From a virus: a stretch of DNA of 51,853 nt. This document shows, piece by piece, positions 1 to 8,309 of the stretch. Made by a program: the position numbers and the translations under genes. The notes beneath the pieces are model-generated. The model had not been told where the DNA came from. It was given only the letters and a program-made list of their open reading frames with translations, and searched no databases. The first letter of the stretch is position 1; each line of letters begins with the position of its first letter. The stretch lies in IMG/VR virus record IMGVR_UViG_3300044998_000080. The stretch is one strand, 5' to 3'.

Positions 1-127
1 GCGTCGAAGACTTTCTGACCGTGCTCAATAGCATTCTCGGCGGCAACTATTGGGATCGCCCCTTCGCGATCGACGCGAACGATACGTTCACGGGCCCGTC
101 AGGAGCGAAGGGCGGCGATCAGGTTCT
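1..127. repeat. Terminal direct repeat, identical to 51727-51853 (circular-assembly overlap)
   Basis: Both copies read gcgtcgaagactttctgacc...ggcggcgatcaggttct. The repeat lies inside one continuous reading frame. Confidence 0.9.
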
Positions 128-350
128 CTTCGTCGAAGACGTTGGCGCACCGTACCCGCCCAGCGACCCGCCGAGTCAAGCGAAGGTCGAAGAGGCGCTA
201 GGGTTTCTGAAAGTGATCGCTCCCGCTGGCTCGCGTGTGATTCTCGCGACCGTGATCGATCCGGCGCTAGGCGCGAACGTTTTCCGCCTGGATAGCGGCG
301 GATCTTCTCTTGACGTTGGATACTTCTACAGCGCGTTCGATCGCGTGTGA
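1..350 (+). CDS. 3' part of a wrap-around baseplate / fibre-attachment gene (Mu gp48 / P2 gpI-like); the 5' part is 51432-51853
   Basis: ORF 21..350 is in the same frame as ATG 51432 once the 127-bp overlap is collapsed. It lies between the baseplate-J-like gene and the tail fibre gene. Confidence 0.6.
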   Translation, partial: VEDFLTVLNSILGGNYWDRPFAIDANDTFTGPSGAKGGDQVLFVEDVGAPYPPSDPPSQAKVEEALGFLKVIAPAGSRVILATVIDPALGANVFRLDSGGSSLDVGYFYSAFDRV

Positions 351-362
351 GGTTTTGAAACA

Positions 363-1748
363 ATGGCTCAACCTTCGCAAACTCCCGACTGGAACACGGG
401 CGGCTCGAACCGCACCGACCCGCCGAGCGGTCAGAAGATCTCGGGTTGGACGGTCAACCAAACCCCGCCCTCGTCGTATTTCAATTGGTGGATGAACCTC
501 GTTTATCAATGGGTTCTCTACCTGAAGAACCTCACGACCGAAGCTCTCACTTGGGGCGCGTTTCAGACGTTCAACGCGGCTCTTCGCGGGTTCGGAACCA
601 ACTTGAACCCCGGCGTTCGCGGTGACTCGGGCGGCTCGGGTTTCGCTGGCGTGCGCGGGCACTCGGTGTTCACGGGCGTCGGTGAACACGGCGTTCTCGG
701 CACGCACCAAACGACCGGAACCGGCGTGAAGGGTGAGACCGCGACCGGGATCGGTGCTCACGGTGACGCGTCGGGCTCGGGCGCGGGTGTGAAGGGCTCG
801 AGCAACACCGGCCTCGGCGTCTACGCAACTTCGAACTCGGGAATCGCTTTGTCGGCCGCGAGCACCTCGAACATTGGTGCGGTCTTGACGGGTGGAACGA
901 TCGCTTTGTCGGTCGGAAACCAACCGGGCTCGGGCGGTGATTCTTTCCCGGCCGTTGCTGCTTACGGCTCTTCGCCGAATTCGCTCTATCCCGGCAAGCC
1001 CGCGATCTCCGCATTTGGCGGCGGTATTGACGATCCCGCCGACGCTCAAGTCACGGCCTCGGCCTCGGCGATCCTGGCGCAAGGCGGCAACGCCTACGGC
1101 AACGATTCGATCGCACCGGCAATCGCCAACCAAAACGCGGGGCACGGTGTCGTTGCTCGCGGCGGCGCGACGCAAGGTGAGTTCAACGACGGTCGACCGG
1201 GAACCGGCGTCATTGCCTACGGCGGCGATCAGATCGACCTGGCGTTCAACGATACGATTGGCGGCGTGGGTCTCAAGGCGGTTGCTGGTACGGGCGCGGG
1301 TGGGCGCGGCAACGCGATCGAGGCCGACGGCGTGATCGAGGTCAACGACAAGATCAGACTCACGGGCTCAAGCCTTGCCGCTTCCGTCGGTCAGACGAAC
1401 GAAATCTCACCCGGTCTCGTCGTGAAGGCATGGGCTCGAATTCGAATCTCGAGCGGAACCTACACGCTTCAAGCGGGTCAGAACGTGACGAGCGTTGTCG
1501 CGGGCGGTTCGCCGACGACGGGTCAGTTCAAGATCAACCTTGCGGCCGCCATTCCGCGCGCGTCGCGTTGTATCATTGTTCACTCTGACGTGCCCTCGCA
1601 CGCGGCGCACGCCTACGACGACACGGCGGTGCTCGGTGCCTCGAACACGGTCGTTACGTTCGAGGTCGTCGACCGGCTCTTGACTTCGACGATCAACCTC
1701 ACCACGAACACCGTGCGGTTGCACGTCATGATCCTCGGGATCCAGTGA
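363..1748 (+). CDS. Tail fibre protein (Gly-rich)
   Basis: 461-aa ORF. The N-terminus DWNTGGSNRTDPPSGQKISGW...YFNWWMN resembles phage fibre N-domains. The middle is a long GxG-rich region. It follows the baseplate genes. Confidence 0.7.
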   Translation: MAQPSQTPDWNTGGSNRTDPPSGQKISGWTVNQTPPSSYFNWWMNLVYQWVLYLKNLTTEALTWGAFQTFNAALRGFGTNLNPGVRGDSGGSGFAGVRGHSVFTGVGEHGVLGTHQTTGTGVKGETATGIGAHGDASGSGAGVKGSSNTGLGVYATSNSGIALSAASTSNIGAVLTGGTIALSVGNQPGSGGDSFPAVAAYGSSPNSLYPGKPAISAFGGGIDDPADAQVTASASAILAQGGNAYGNDSIAPAIANQNAGHGVVARGGATQGEFNDGRPGTGVIAYGGDQIDLAFNDTIGGVGLKAVAGTGAGGRGNAIEADGVIEVNDKIRLTGSSLAASVGQTNEISPGLVVKAWARIRISSGTYTLQAGQNVTSVVAGGSPTTGQFKINLAAAIPRASRCIIVHSDVPSHAAHAYDDTAVLGASNTVVTFEVVDRLLTSTINLTTNTVRLHVMILGIQ

Positions 1749-1754
1749 GGCGAC

Positions 1755-2069
1755 ATGATCCCTACTCTTCTCGCTCAAGTCGACCCGAGCACCGTCGCAA
1801 ACGGGCTCTCGAAAGACCTGAACACGGCGCTCGCGTGGGGCCTGGCTCTCGCGCTTCTCGCGATCGCCTACCTCTTCAAGAGCCAAAACGACGAGCGTAA
1901 GGAATACGCGAAGGCGCTCGAAGCGGCTCAAACGAAGCTTGTTGAGACGATTCGAGCGGACGCGAAAGAGCAGCGCGAGATCCTTTCGCAGATCGTGCCG
2001 CTCTCAACGAAGTTGACCGAGGGTCTCGAGATCCTCGAGCGTGTAACCGACACGCTCACGAGGGAATGA
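1755..2069 (+). CDS. Small membrane protein, holin candidate
   Basis: 104 aa with one hydrophobic span (ALAWGLALALLAIAYLF) followed by a charged helical tail. GAGG Shine-Dalgarno (SD) upstream. First gene after the fibre gene. Confidence 0.5.
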   Translation: MIPTLLAQVDPSTVANGLSKDLNTALAWGLALALLAIAYLFKSQNDERKEYAKALEAAQTKLVETIRADAKEQREILSQIVPLSTKLTEGLEILERVTDTLTRE

Positions 2070-2269
2070 CCATGTTTCGAAAGAAACCAGCGGTTCATGT
2101 CGACACCGTGCAAGCCGAAGCCGAGCGCGCGCAAGTTCGCAAGGCATTCGAAGCCATGCGAGCCGAACTCGATCAGACGACGACTCGAGCCGACGCCGTG
2201 CTCGAGCGGCTCAAGACGCGGGCGCACCTCTCACAAGAGCCGAAGTTGAAGCTCGTCAAGGTGAAGTGA
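2066..2269 (+). CDS. Hypothetical small charged protein
   Basis: 67 aa. ATGA start/stop overlap with the upstream gene. No hydrophobic span. Confidence 0.5.
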   Translation: MTMFRKKPAVHVDTVQAEAERAQVRKAFEAMRAELDQTTTRADAVLERLKTRAHLSQEPKLKLVKVK

Positions 2270-2679
2270 TGAAACTCGAACTCAAACGAAAATGGTTCAC
2301 CGACAAGAGCACGATCGGCGAACTCTACGTGAACGGCGTCTTCGAGTGTTTCGTGCTCGAGGATCGCGTGCGCGAAGTGAAGATCCAGAATGAGACCGCG
2401 ATCCCGGCCGGTCACTACGCGATCGACATGGCGACGAAGAGCCCGAAGTTCGGCCGAGTTCTTCCGCGACTCGTGAGCGTTCCCGGTTACACGGGCGTTC
2501 TGATCCACCCTGGCAACAATCCCGCCGACACGGCCGGTTGCCTCTTGCCCGGCATGATCCGCGAGACCGACCGAGTTCTTCAGTCGAAGATCGCGTTCGA
2601 TCGGCTCTTTGCGAAGCTCGAGGTCGCGCACCTCAACCACGAAGCGATCTGGCTCACGATCACCAATGAAGCTCACTGA
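2266..2679 (+). CDS. DUF5675-like protein, endolysin candidate
   Basis: 137 aa. IPAGHYAI...VLIHPGNNPADTAGCLLPG fits my memory of the DUF5675 pattern. GTG at 2266 or ATG at 2269 overlaps the upstream stop. Confidence 0.6.
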   Translation: MMKLELKRKWFTDKSTIGELYVNGVFECFVLEDRVREVKIQNETAIPAGHYAIDMATKSPKFGRVLPRLVSVPGYTGVLIHPGNNPADTAGCLLPGMIRETDRVLQSKIAFDRLFAKLEVAHLNHEAIWLTITNEAH

Positions 2680-3187
2680 CCCGGCGTCACGTTGGCTCGT
2701 GTGGCCCGCGCTCTCTCTCGCGCTCGTTGCGGCGGCGGGCGCGGGGCGTTGGTTCGACCCTCCCACGATCACCGAGACGAAGAGCGACGTTCGGATCGTG
2801 ACTCGTGAGGTCGTGCGTTGGAAGACCCGCGCAACGAAAGACACCTACGAGAAGCGAACGCCCGTTGCGATCGCTACACCCGACGGCGGGATCACGATCG
2901 CGAACGTCGTCGAACGCTCAACGCGTGAGTTGACCTCGAGCGAGGGTGAGTCGAAGCGCGATGCGTTGACCGACTCGAAGAGCTACACGAAGAGCGGCGT
3001 CGACCTCTCGCGCTACCGCGTCGGCTTGCAAGTCGGCGCTACCTGGCGCGAGCCCGCCATTCCGATCGCGGGCCCTCTCGTCGTCGGTGCAACCGCCGAA
3101 GCGCGGATCGGGAACCTTCCGATCTGGCTCGGTGCATGGGGCGGCACGTACAACGCGGCCGGGATCTCACTGTCAGGGGAGTTCTGA
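2666..3187 (+). CDS. Signal/anchor-bearing envelope protein (spanin-like or small Lom/OmpX-like outer-membrane protein)
   Basis: ATG 2666 overlaps the end of the upstream gene. N-terminal hydrophobic WLVWPALSLALVAAAGAG. The C-terminus has amphipathic strands and ends ...GISLSGEF. Confidence 0.5.
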   Translation: MKLTDPASRWLVWPALSLALVAAAGAGRWFDPPTITETKSDVRIVTREVVRWKTRATKDTYEKRTPVAIATPDGGITIANVVERSTRELTSSEGESKRDALTDSKSYTKSGVDLSRYRVGLQVGATWREPAIPIAGPLVVGATAEARIGNLPIWLGAWGGTYNAAGISLSGEF

Positions 3188-3189
3188 AC

Positions 3190-4380
3190 ATGACCGAAGC
3201 AAAGAAGCGTTGCCCGATCTGCACTCGAGATCGGGCACTCGACGAATTCGCTCGCAACCCTTCACGAACCGACGGCCGAGACGGGTATTGCAAGCCATGC
3301 AAAGCCGAGCGCGCCCGAGAGTATTCGGCGAAGCATCGCGAGAAGAACGCACCCGAGCCCGTCGACCCGCTCAAGGCGGCTCAACAACGACACGCCGAAC
3401 GCGTCGCGACCTCGAGCTTGAAAGCCGAGCACGCGGCGTTGCTCGAGGAAAACAAGAGGCTCAAATGGTCGCTCGAGGTCGCGGCGCACATGAACGCGAA
3501 CGCTCGAGCGGCCGAGATTCACCGCGCCGTTCCGACGAAGGGCGAAGCGGTTGCGTGCATGATCGCGAGTGATTGGCACGTCGAAGAGCCCGTTCAAGCC
3601 GACAAGGTTCACGGGCTCAACGAGTTCGACCTGGCGATCGCCGAGAAGCGGGCTCACGCGTTCTTCGCGAACGGGTTGCGCCTGGCCGAGATCATGGCGC
3701 GCGAAGTGAAGATCGAGACGCTCTTTCTCGGTCTTCTCGGCGACTTCTTCTCGGGTCACATTCACGAAGAGTTGCGAGAGAGCAACTTGCTTGCCCCCGG
3801 TGAAGCGGCTCACTTCGTTCTGAACACGCTCGCGAGCGGGATCGAATTCCTCATTCGCGAGAGCAAGTTTCAGATCGAGATCGATGCGTTGCCCGGCAAT
3901 CACGGGCGAATGACCGTCAAGCCGAGAATTCAGAACGCGACTGAAACGAGCCTCGAGACGTTCATGTTTCACTCGCTGGCGTTCCGCTTCGCTGGCAACC
4001 CTCGCGTGAACTTCCGCGTCGCGAACTCGAAGATCGTTTACCGTCGATTCTTCGAGCGCTTCAACATGCGCCTCTTGCACGGCGACGACGTGAAGTTCGG
4101 CGGCGGCGTCGGCGGCGTCACGATCCCGATTCGAAAGAAGCTCGCGCCCTGGGATAAGGCGATCCGCGCCGACCTGACGGTCATGGGTCACTTTCACCAA
4201 CTTCTAGACGGCGGCGATTTCATCGTGAACGGCTCGTTGATTGGTTACAACGAGTTCGCTCAAGCGATCGGCGCGAGCCCTGAAGAAGCGCGGCAAGCGT
4301 TCTTTTTGATCCACAATCGGAACGGCGGCGAGAAATCGATCACCGCGCCGATCTGGCTCGATCGGGCTCACGGTCGCTGA
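3190..4380 (+). CDS. Zn-ribbon + calcineurin-like metallophosphoesterase (SbcD/Mre11-like motif set)
   Basis: N-terminal CPICx24CKPC. Then SDWH, LGDFFSGH, PGNHG, LLHGDD and GHFHQ in the canonical order. Last gene of the late unit. Confidence 0.75.
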   Translation: MTEAKKRCPICTRDRALDEFARNPSRTDGRDGYCKPCKAERAREYSAKHREKNAPEPVDPLKAAQQRHAERVATSSLKAEHAALLEENKRLKWSLEVAAHMNANARAAEIHRAVPTKGEAVACMIASDWHVEEPVQADKVHGLNEFDLAIAEKRAHAFFANGLRLAEIMAREVKIETLFLGLLGDFFSGHIHEELRESNLLAPGEAAHFVLNTLASGIEFLIRESKFQIEIDALPGNHGRMTVKPRIQNATETSLETFMFHSLAFRFAGNPRVNFRVANSKIVYRRFFERFNMRLLHGDDVKFGGGVGGVTIPIRKKLAPWDKAIRADLTVMGHFHQLLDGGDFIVNGSLIGYNEFAQAIGASPEEARQAFFLIHNRNGGEKSITAPIWLDRAHGR

Positions 4381-4384
4381 AAAG

Positions 4385-4419
4385 ACAAGAGCCCCTCGAT
4401 CTAATCGAGAGGCTCTTGT
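4385..4419. terminator. Hairpin at the convergence point of the late (+) and early (-) units
   Basis: acaagagcccctcgat / cta / atcgagaggctcttgt forms a 16-bp stem with 1 mismatch. On the minus strand it is followed by CTTTTC. Confidence 0.65.
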
Positions 4420-4464
4420 GCGCTCGCGCACGGTGGGAGGGGGAAACCGAACGCGGCGACTTGA

Positions 4465-4893
4465 TCAGCCGAGCGTGTAGACGTTCGGGCGGCGGCCGGT
4501 CGAACCGTCGGCCTTGCGAATCGTCGTCTTCACGCCCGAGAGCTTCGCGACCTGGCGCTTCACGGCGATCGCCGAGCGCTTGAAGATCTTCGCGAGTTCT
4601 TTCGCGGTGTGCGGCCGCTTCTTCAGAAGAGCGGTGAGCTTCTCGGTCGTGATCGCCGACTCGACGCCGAACTTGCGATCGGCCTTCTTCGCCTTCGCGG
4701 GCTTGCTCTTCTTCGCGGCGGGCTTCTTCGCCTTCGCGGGCTTGCTCTTCTTCGCGGCGACCTTCTTCGGCTTCACGTCGGCGACCTTCGCGGTCGTCTT
4801 CGCGGGCTTGTTCCCGCCGACCGTGCCGTTCTTCAACGCGGTCGCGAGTTCGCTCGAGGTCATGTCTTCAGGGCTCTTCGTCGTCGTGTCCAT
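4465..4893 (-). CDS. Histone H1/AlgP-like lysine-rich protein with a C-terminal winged-helix-like domain
   Basis: ATG at 4893 (MDTTTKSPED...). Contains KPKKVAAKKSKPAKAKKPAAKKSKPAKAKK, then ...LTALLKKRPHTAKELAKIFKRSAIAVKRQV. Confidence 0.65.
   Translation of the reverse strand: MDTTTKSPEDMTSSELATALKNGTVGGNKPAKTTAKVADVKPKKVAAKKSKPAKAKKPAAKKSKPAKAKKADRKFGVESAITTEKLTALLKKRPHTAKELAKIFKRSAIAVKRQVAKLSGVKTTIRKADGSTGRRPNVYTLG
4684..4761. repeat. 2 x 39-bp tandem repeat inside the H1-like gene
   Basis: cttcttcgccttcgcgggcttgctcttcttcgcggcg occurs at 4684 and again at 4723. It encodes the PAAKKSKPAKAKK units. Confidence 0.85.
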
Positions 4894-5302
4894 TTTGGGG
4901 CCTTTCGTTTGTGTTCGGCGTTTCCGCGCCGAGCGGTTTCGCAACATTGCCAGAATCGAAACCCTCGGGCAAGGGCTCTCTCGGATCGAGTTCGACGGGC
5001 AACGAATCCTCGGGCCCGACGTACCCTTTGATCGCCTCGAACTTGAACTCACCCTTGGCGAAATCCCAGGTCGTTTCAAACCCGAGCTTTCGGAAGGCTT
5101 CGCGAGTGATCATGAACGGCAAGAGGCCGAGCTTCGGCCCGCGCGCCACGCCGATCGGCGCAAGGTGCCCGTTGAAGAGATAGGTCGCCTCGAGCCCGAT
5201 CCCTTTCTCGGTCGTATCGAGGCGGGTGAACTTCGCGTCAGGAAACACCTTGCGAAGCACCTTGAGACACTTCTTTTCGTTTGGGAAGTTCACCCGATCC
5301 AC
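4868..5302 (-). CDS. Hypothetical protein
   Basis: 144-aa ORF with a GTG start. An alternative GTG at 5293 forms a GTGA overlap with the upstream stop. Confidence 0.55.
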   Translation of the reverse strand: MDRVNFPNEKKCLKVLRKVFPDAKFTRLDTTEKGIGLEATYLFNGHLAPIGVARGPKLGLLPFMITREAFRKLGFETTWDFAKGEFKFEAIKGYVGPEDSLPVELDPREPLPEGFDSGNVAKPLGAETPNTNERPQNGHDDEEP

Positions 5303-6045
5303 CCGAACCCTTCGATCATGTCGCGCACGTCGACCTCGAGCTTCGCGAGCCCGAGCGATTTCTTGTTGTTGATCACCGCGTGGAATCGACCGGGTGAGAT
5401 CCCGATCAAGCCGCGTTCGCTGGCGTGTTGAACAATCGGGATCGGCTCGCTCTCGGTGTCGATCACGCGCACGATGCGCGCGCCCGAGCGCTCGAAGATC
5501 TCGACCTCATTCGCGAACCGGCCGTCGGTGATCACCGTGACCGCTTCGGTGTTCTTCCTGGCCCGCTCGAGCGCGATGTTCGCCCACACGTCAGGCCCGA
5601 ACACCGTGCGACCGAGATCGGTTCCCAAGGTTTGCAGAACGCGGCGCGGCGAGAACTCGAACGCACGGTTCGCGAACGCGCCTTTCTCGAGCATCGTGAA
5701 CGGGCTCAAGCTCTCGAACCAAGCGATCACCGCATCACCCGGCGCGGGGCGCTTCGCGGCTCGAGCCCATTCCCGAACGAACGTCGCGCCGACGTTCCAA
5801 AGCCGCTCGCGACTCTGATCCCAATACGTGAGATCCGAACCTCGAGGGTCGACCTTGTTTCGTTCCTGACTTGAGCCCCAAAGTTGCGACTCGTTGAAAA
5901 GAAACACGGCGCGGGCGAACTCTTTGAGCGGCGCGGCGAGAGCCAGTCGCGCGACCTGACCGGGAAGCATGTTTTCGATCATGCTCGCGATCGTGTCTTT
6001 GCCCGATCCGGCCTGACCGCACAACAAGATCACTTTGCCGCTCAT
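5290..6045 (-). CDS. P-loop dNMP-kinase-like protein
   Basis: N-terminal VILLCGQAGSGKDT Walker A. Later LQTLGTDLGR and ITDGRFANE, as in phage deoxynucleoside-monophosphate kinases. Confidence 0.65.
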   Translation of the reverse strand: MSGKVILLCGQAGSGKDTIASMIENMLPGQVARLALAAPLKEFARAVFLFNESQLWGSSQERNKVDPRGSDLTYWDQSRERLWNVGATFVREWARAAKRPAPGDAVIAWFESLSPFTMLEKGAFANRAFEFSPRRVLQTLGTDLGRTVFGPDVWANIALERARKNTEAVTVITDGRFANEVEIFERSGARIVRVIDTESEPIPIVQHASERGLIGISPGRFHAVINNKKSLGLAKLEVDVRDMIEGFGWIG

Positions 6046-6046
6046 G

Positions 6047-6331
6047 TCACTTCACCGAGGGCCAGGAGAATTCACCCGCGTTCGTGCCCTCGCGAGCCGA
6101 GCCGATCCACGCGATCGGGGCGAGGATCAACGGCACGCGGTTCGCCTCGGGCTCCCATTGCACGACTTGCGGCATGTCGGCGCGCCCGTTGAGGAACGCG
6201 CCGAGGTTCGCGGTTCCGTCTTTGTTCACGGCGATCACGAGAGCGGGAACGATCTCGCCGACGCGATCCTTCGACATGGTTTCGCGCTCGGTGAGACGGA
6301 AGTGAACGATTCGGCCGACGGTGAGCTTCAT
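6047..6331 (-). CDS. Hypothetical protein
   Basis: 94-aa ORF. ATGA overlap with the upstream stop. Confidence 0.55.
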   Translation of the reverse strand: MKLTVGRIVHFRLTERETMSKDRVGEIVPALVIAVNKDGTANLGAFLNGRADMPQVVQWEPEANRVPLILAPIAWIGSAREGTNAGEFSWPSVK

Positions 6332-6558
6332 TGTTTGACCTCGTAGGTTTTCGACATGGGGCCACGCTTACCGGCGCGGCGGCGGTTGGTCTCGAGCTTG
6401 AGACCGAGATCGGTCGTGAGCCGAGCGAGCCACGCGAACGCGGTCGGCTTGCTCACCTTGAATCGTTCGCAGATCTCGCGAACGGTGAAAGGCTTCTCTC
6501 GAAGAGCGTCGGCGAGACGCTCGAGATCGCTTTTGTTCAGGTCTTCCAAGTAGCTCAA
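6328..6558 (-). CDS. Small winged-helix/HTH DNA-binding protein
   Basis: The only start downstream of the RuvC stop is TTG 6558 (TTGA overlap). Contains FTVREICERFKVSKPTAFAWLARL. The N-terminal part of track ORF 6328..6984 is an Arg-rich artefact. Confidence 0.45.
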   Translation of the reverse strand: MSYLEDLNKSDLERLADALREKPFTVREICERFKVSKPTAFAWLARLTTDLGLKLETNRRRAGKRGPMSKTYEVKQ

Positions 6559-7154
6559 GAATTCCTCGACAAGACCTCTTCGGGGCTCGGCTCGTAGGTC
6601 ACAACGGTTGCGCCAGGGTAAACACGATGCGGCTCGAGGCGCTCGAGATACTTCAGACCGATCCCGATCGCGTCGATCACGTTGTGTCGCAAGCTCTTCG
6701 GCGTCGGCTCGATTCGGCTCGCTTCGCCTTTCGAAAGTCGGGCCTCGATTCGGCGAATCATCGTGTCGCCGTCGATCGTGCCCTTCCAGTCTCGCGGGAA
6801 GTAGCGAACACGAACCTCGGCCGCAACGACCGAGCACGCGAGCGCGTAGGCTACGCCAGCGAGAGCAATCAGATCGTTCTGATCGCCTTTCTGGCGCGCG
6901 GCCGGGTACACGCGCGGGATCTCGACAACGACGACACGAACGCGCCGAGCGTCGACGTTGAGCCAGCGGTGAAGCGCTTCGCACGCGGCGAATGCGACGG
7001 CCGGATCGTTGTCGCTCTTGATCGGGTTGCGGATCAAGGCCGCTCGGCCGAGCGAATTGTTCACGTCGAAATCGTCAAGAGGGTGAAGGTCGGCCTCTTG
7101 CGAGAAGAGAGCCGCGCCGAAGTGACGCACGCCAGGATCGATCGAAAGAATCAC
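6555..7154 (-). CDS. RuvC-like Holliday junction resolvase
   Basis: N-terminal ILSIDPGVRHFGAALF (RuvC DPG motif). GTGA overlap with the upstream stop. Confidence 0.75.
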   Translation of the reverse strand: MILSIDPGVRHFGAALFSQEADLHPLDDFDVNNSLGRAALIRNPIKSDNDPAVAFAACEALHRWLNVDARRVRVVVVEIPRVYPAARQKGDQNDLIALAGVAYALACSVVAAEVRVRYFPRDWKGTIDGDTMIRRIEARLSKGEASRIEPTPKSLRHNVIDAIGIGLKYLERLEPHRVYPGATVVTYEPSPEEVLSRNS

Positions 7155-7756
7155 CCGAGCACCTTGTGAGCCGCGTCGCGGAAGTATTCGCGCAAGTCGT
7201 CGAAGCTCGTGCGATGAATGCCGAGGTCGGAATCAACGCGGCACCAAGCGTGCTCGAGCGCTTCGGTCACACCGAGCGGCGCGGTCGGCATGTTCCACGC
7301 GCGCGGCGGCGGCCCGAGAAGCAACCAACGTTCGACGTTGCACGACTCCACGTCGATCATGCGAACGGCGGCGAGTTCGTCGGCGTCGACGTTGATCGAG
7401 AAGCGCGCGCGAATGCGGTTGTCGATCTCGGCCTCGAGCTTTCGATATTCCTCGAACACGAACGTTCGCTTCACCGGGTTCGCAACGTCGTTGAGGAACG
7501 CTTCGCCGAAGTCGTGCGCCAGGGCCCAACGGCGCGCTTGCTCGCTCAAGCCGAGTTCACACGCGGCGTGCCACACGATCATTGAATGCTCGGCGACCGA
7601 GTAGAAACGTGAGGTGCGGCCCGTGTAGCGGCACAAGAAACCGAGCGCGTGCGTCACGTCGTCGATCTGAATTTGCTCGAGTTGCAGATCGAGCGGCGTG
7701 ATCATCGGTGCCGACTCGGTGCCCTGGATCCATGCGTCTTTCGCGACTTGGTTCAC
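7151..7756 (-). CDS. HD-domain phosphohydrolase (YfbR/5'-deoxynucleotidase-like)
   Basis: SVAEHSMIVWH...LAHDFGEAFLNDV. GTG 7756 is preceded by GAAAGG. The track ORF extends to 7810. Confidence 0.75.
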   Translation of the reverse strand: MNQVAKDAWIQGTESAPMITPLDLQLEQIQIDDVTHALGFLCRYTGRTSRFYSVAEHSMIVWHAACELGLSEQARRWALAHDFGEAFLNDVANPVKRTFVFEEYRKLEAEIDNRIRARFSINVDADELAAVRMIDVESCNVERWLLLGPPPRAWNMPTAPLGVTEALEHAWCRVDSDLGIHRTSFDDLREYFRDAAHKVLG

Positions 7757-7781
7757 GTTGTGCCTTTCGATAGTTGACGGT

Positions 7782-8309
7782 TTACTTCGAGAGCGAGCCG
7801 AACGCAACAAGCGCGACCGGGAACGGGGCGGCGTCGCCGACCTTCCCGGCCGCGTCGGCGAAGCGCATTCGACCTCGCCAGAAGATCACTTCACCGGGCT
7901 TCTCGCCGAGCCGCACGGGCTCAACGAAGTTGTGCCACCAAGACGTGTCACTTCGCACCGGCAAGAGCGCGATCACGCACGCACCCTTGTCGGCCTCGAG
8001 CGCGGCTTTCTCAACCCAACGGTTGATCACACCGCGACCGAACGGCGGATTCATCCACGCGGCCCCGCCGAGATAGCGGCACCAAGCGGCCCAATCCTGA
8101 ATCAAACCGTCGACCGCGCGGATCGTGTCGCCGAACGCGTTCGAAAGGTCGGCCCCTGGCGGCGCGAAATAGTTCGGCGCTTTCTGGCGGCCGGGCGTCG
8201 CGCACACGTCCAAGACGAGCGGGTATTGAGTCCGCACGAGCGCGATCACGTCGTCGGGCGTGCCCCATTCGATCGATGCGCTCGAGAAGTGAACGTCAAG
8301 GCGACTCAT
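7782..8309 (-). CDS. Phage Dam-family N6-adenine DNA methyltransferase
   Basis: HFSSASIEWGTPDDV... and WMNPPFGR (NPPF catalytic motif). Size 175 aa. Confidence 0.8.
   Translation of the reverse strand: MSRLDVHFSSASIEWGTPDDVIALVRTQYPLVLDVCATPGRQKAPNYFAPPGADLSNAFGDTIRAVDGLIQDWAAWCRYLGGAAWMNPPFGRGVINRWVEKAALEADKGACVIALLPVRSDTSWWHNFVEPVRLGEKPGEVIFWRGRMRFADAAGKVGDAAPFPVALVAFGSLSK

Noticed and set aside
1-127. 127-bp repeat as a genuine direct terminal repeat of the virion DNA
   Set aside because: It lies inside an uninterrupted coding frame, and its length equals a common maximum assembler k-mer. This is more likely a circularisation overlap.
1858-1865. GCGATCGC (HIP1-like) octamers suggesting a cyanobacterial host
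   Set aside because: Several copies exist, but they are explained by Ala-Ile-Ala type codons in a GATC-rich, GC-rich genome. No host can be inferred from this.
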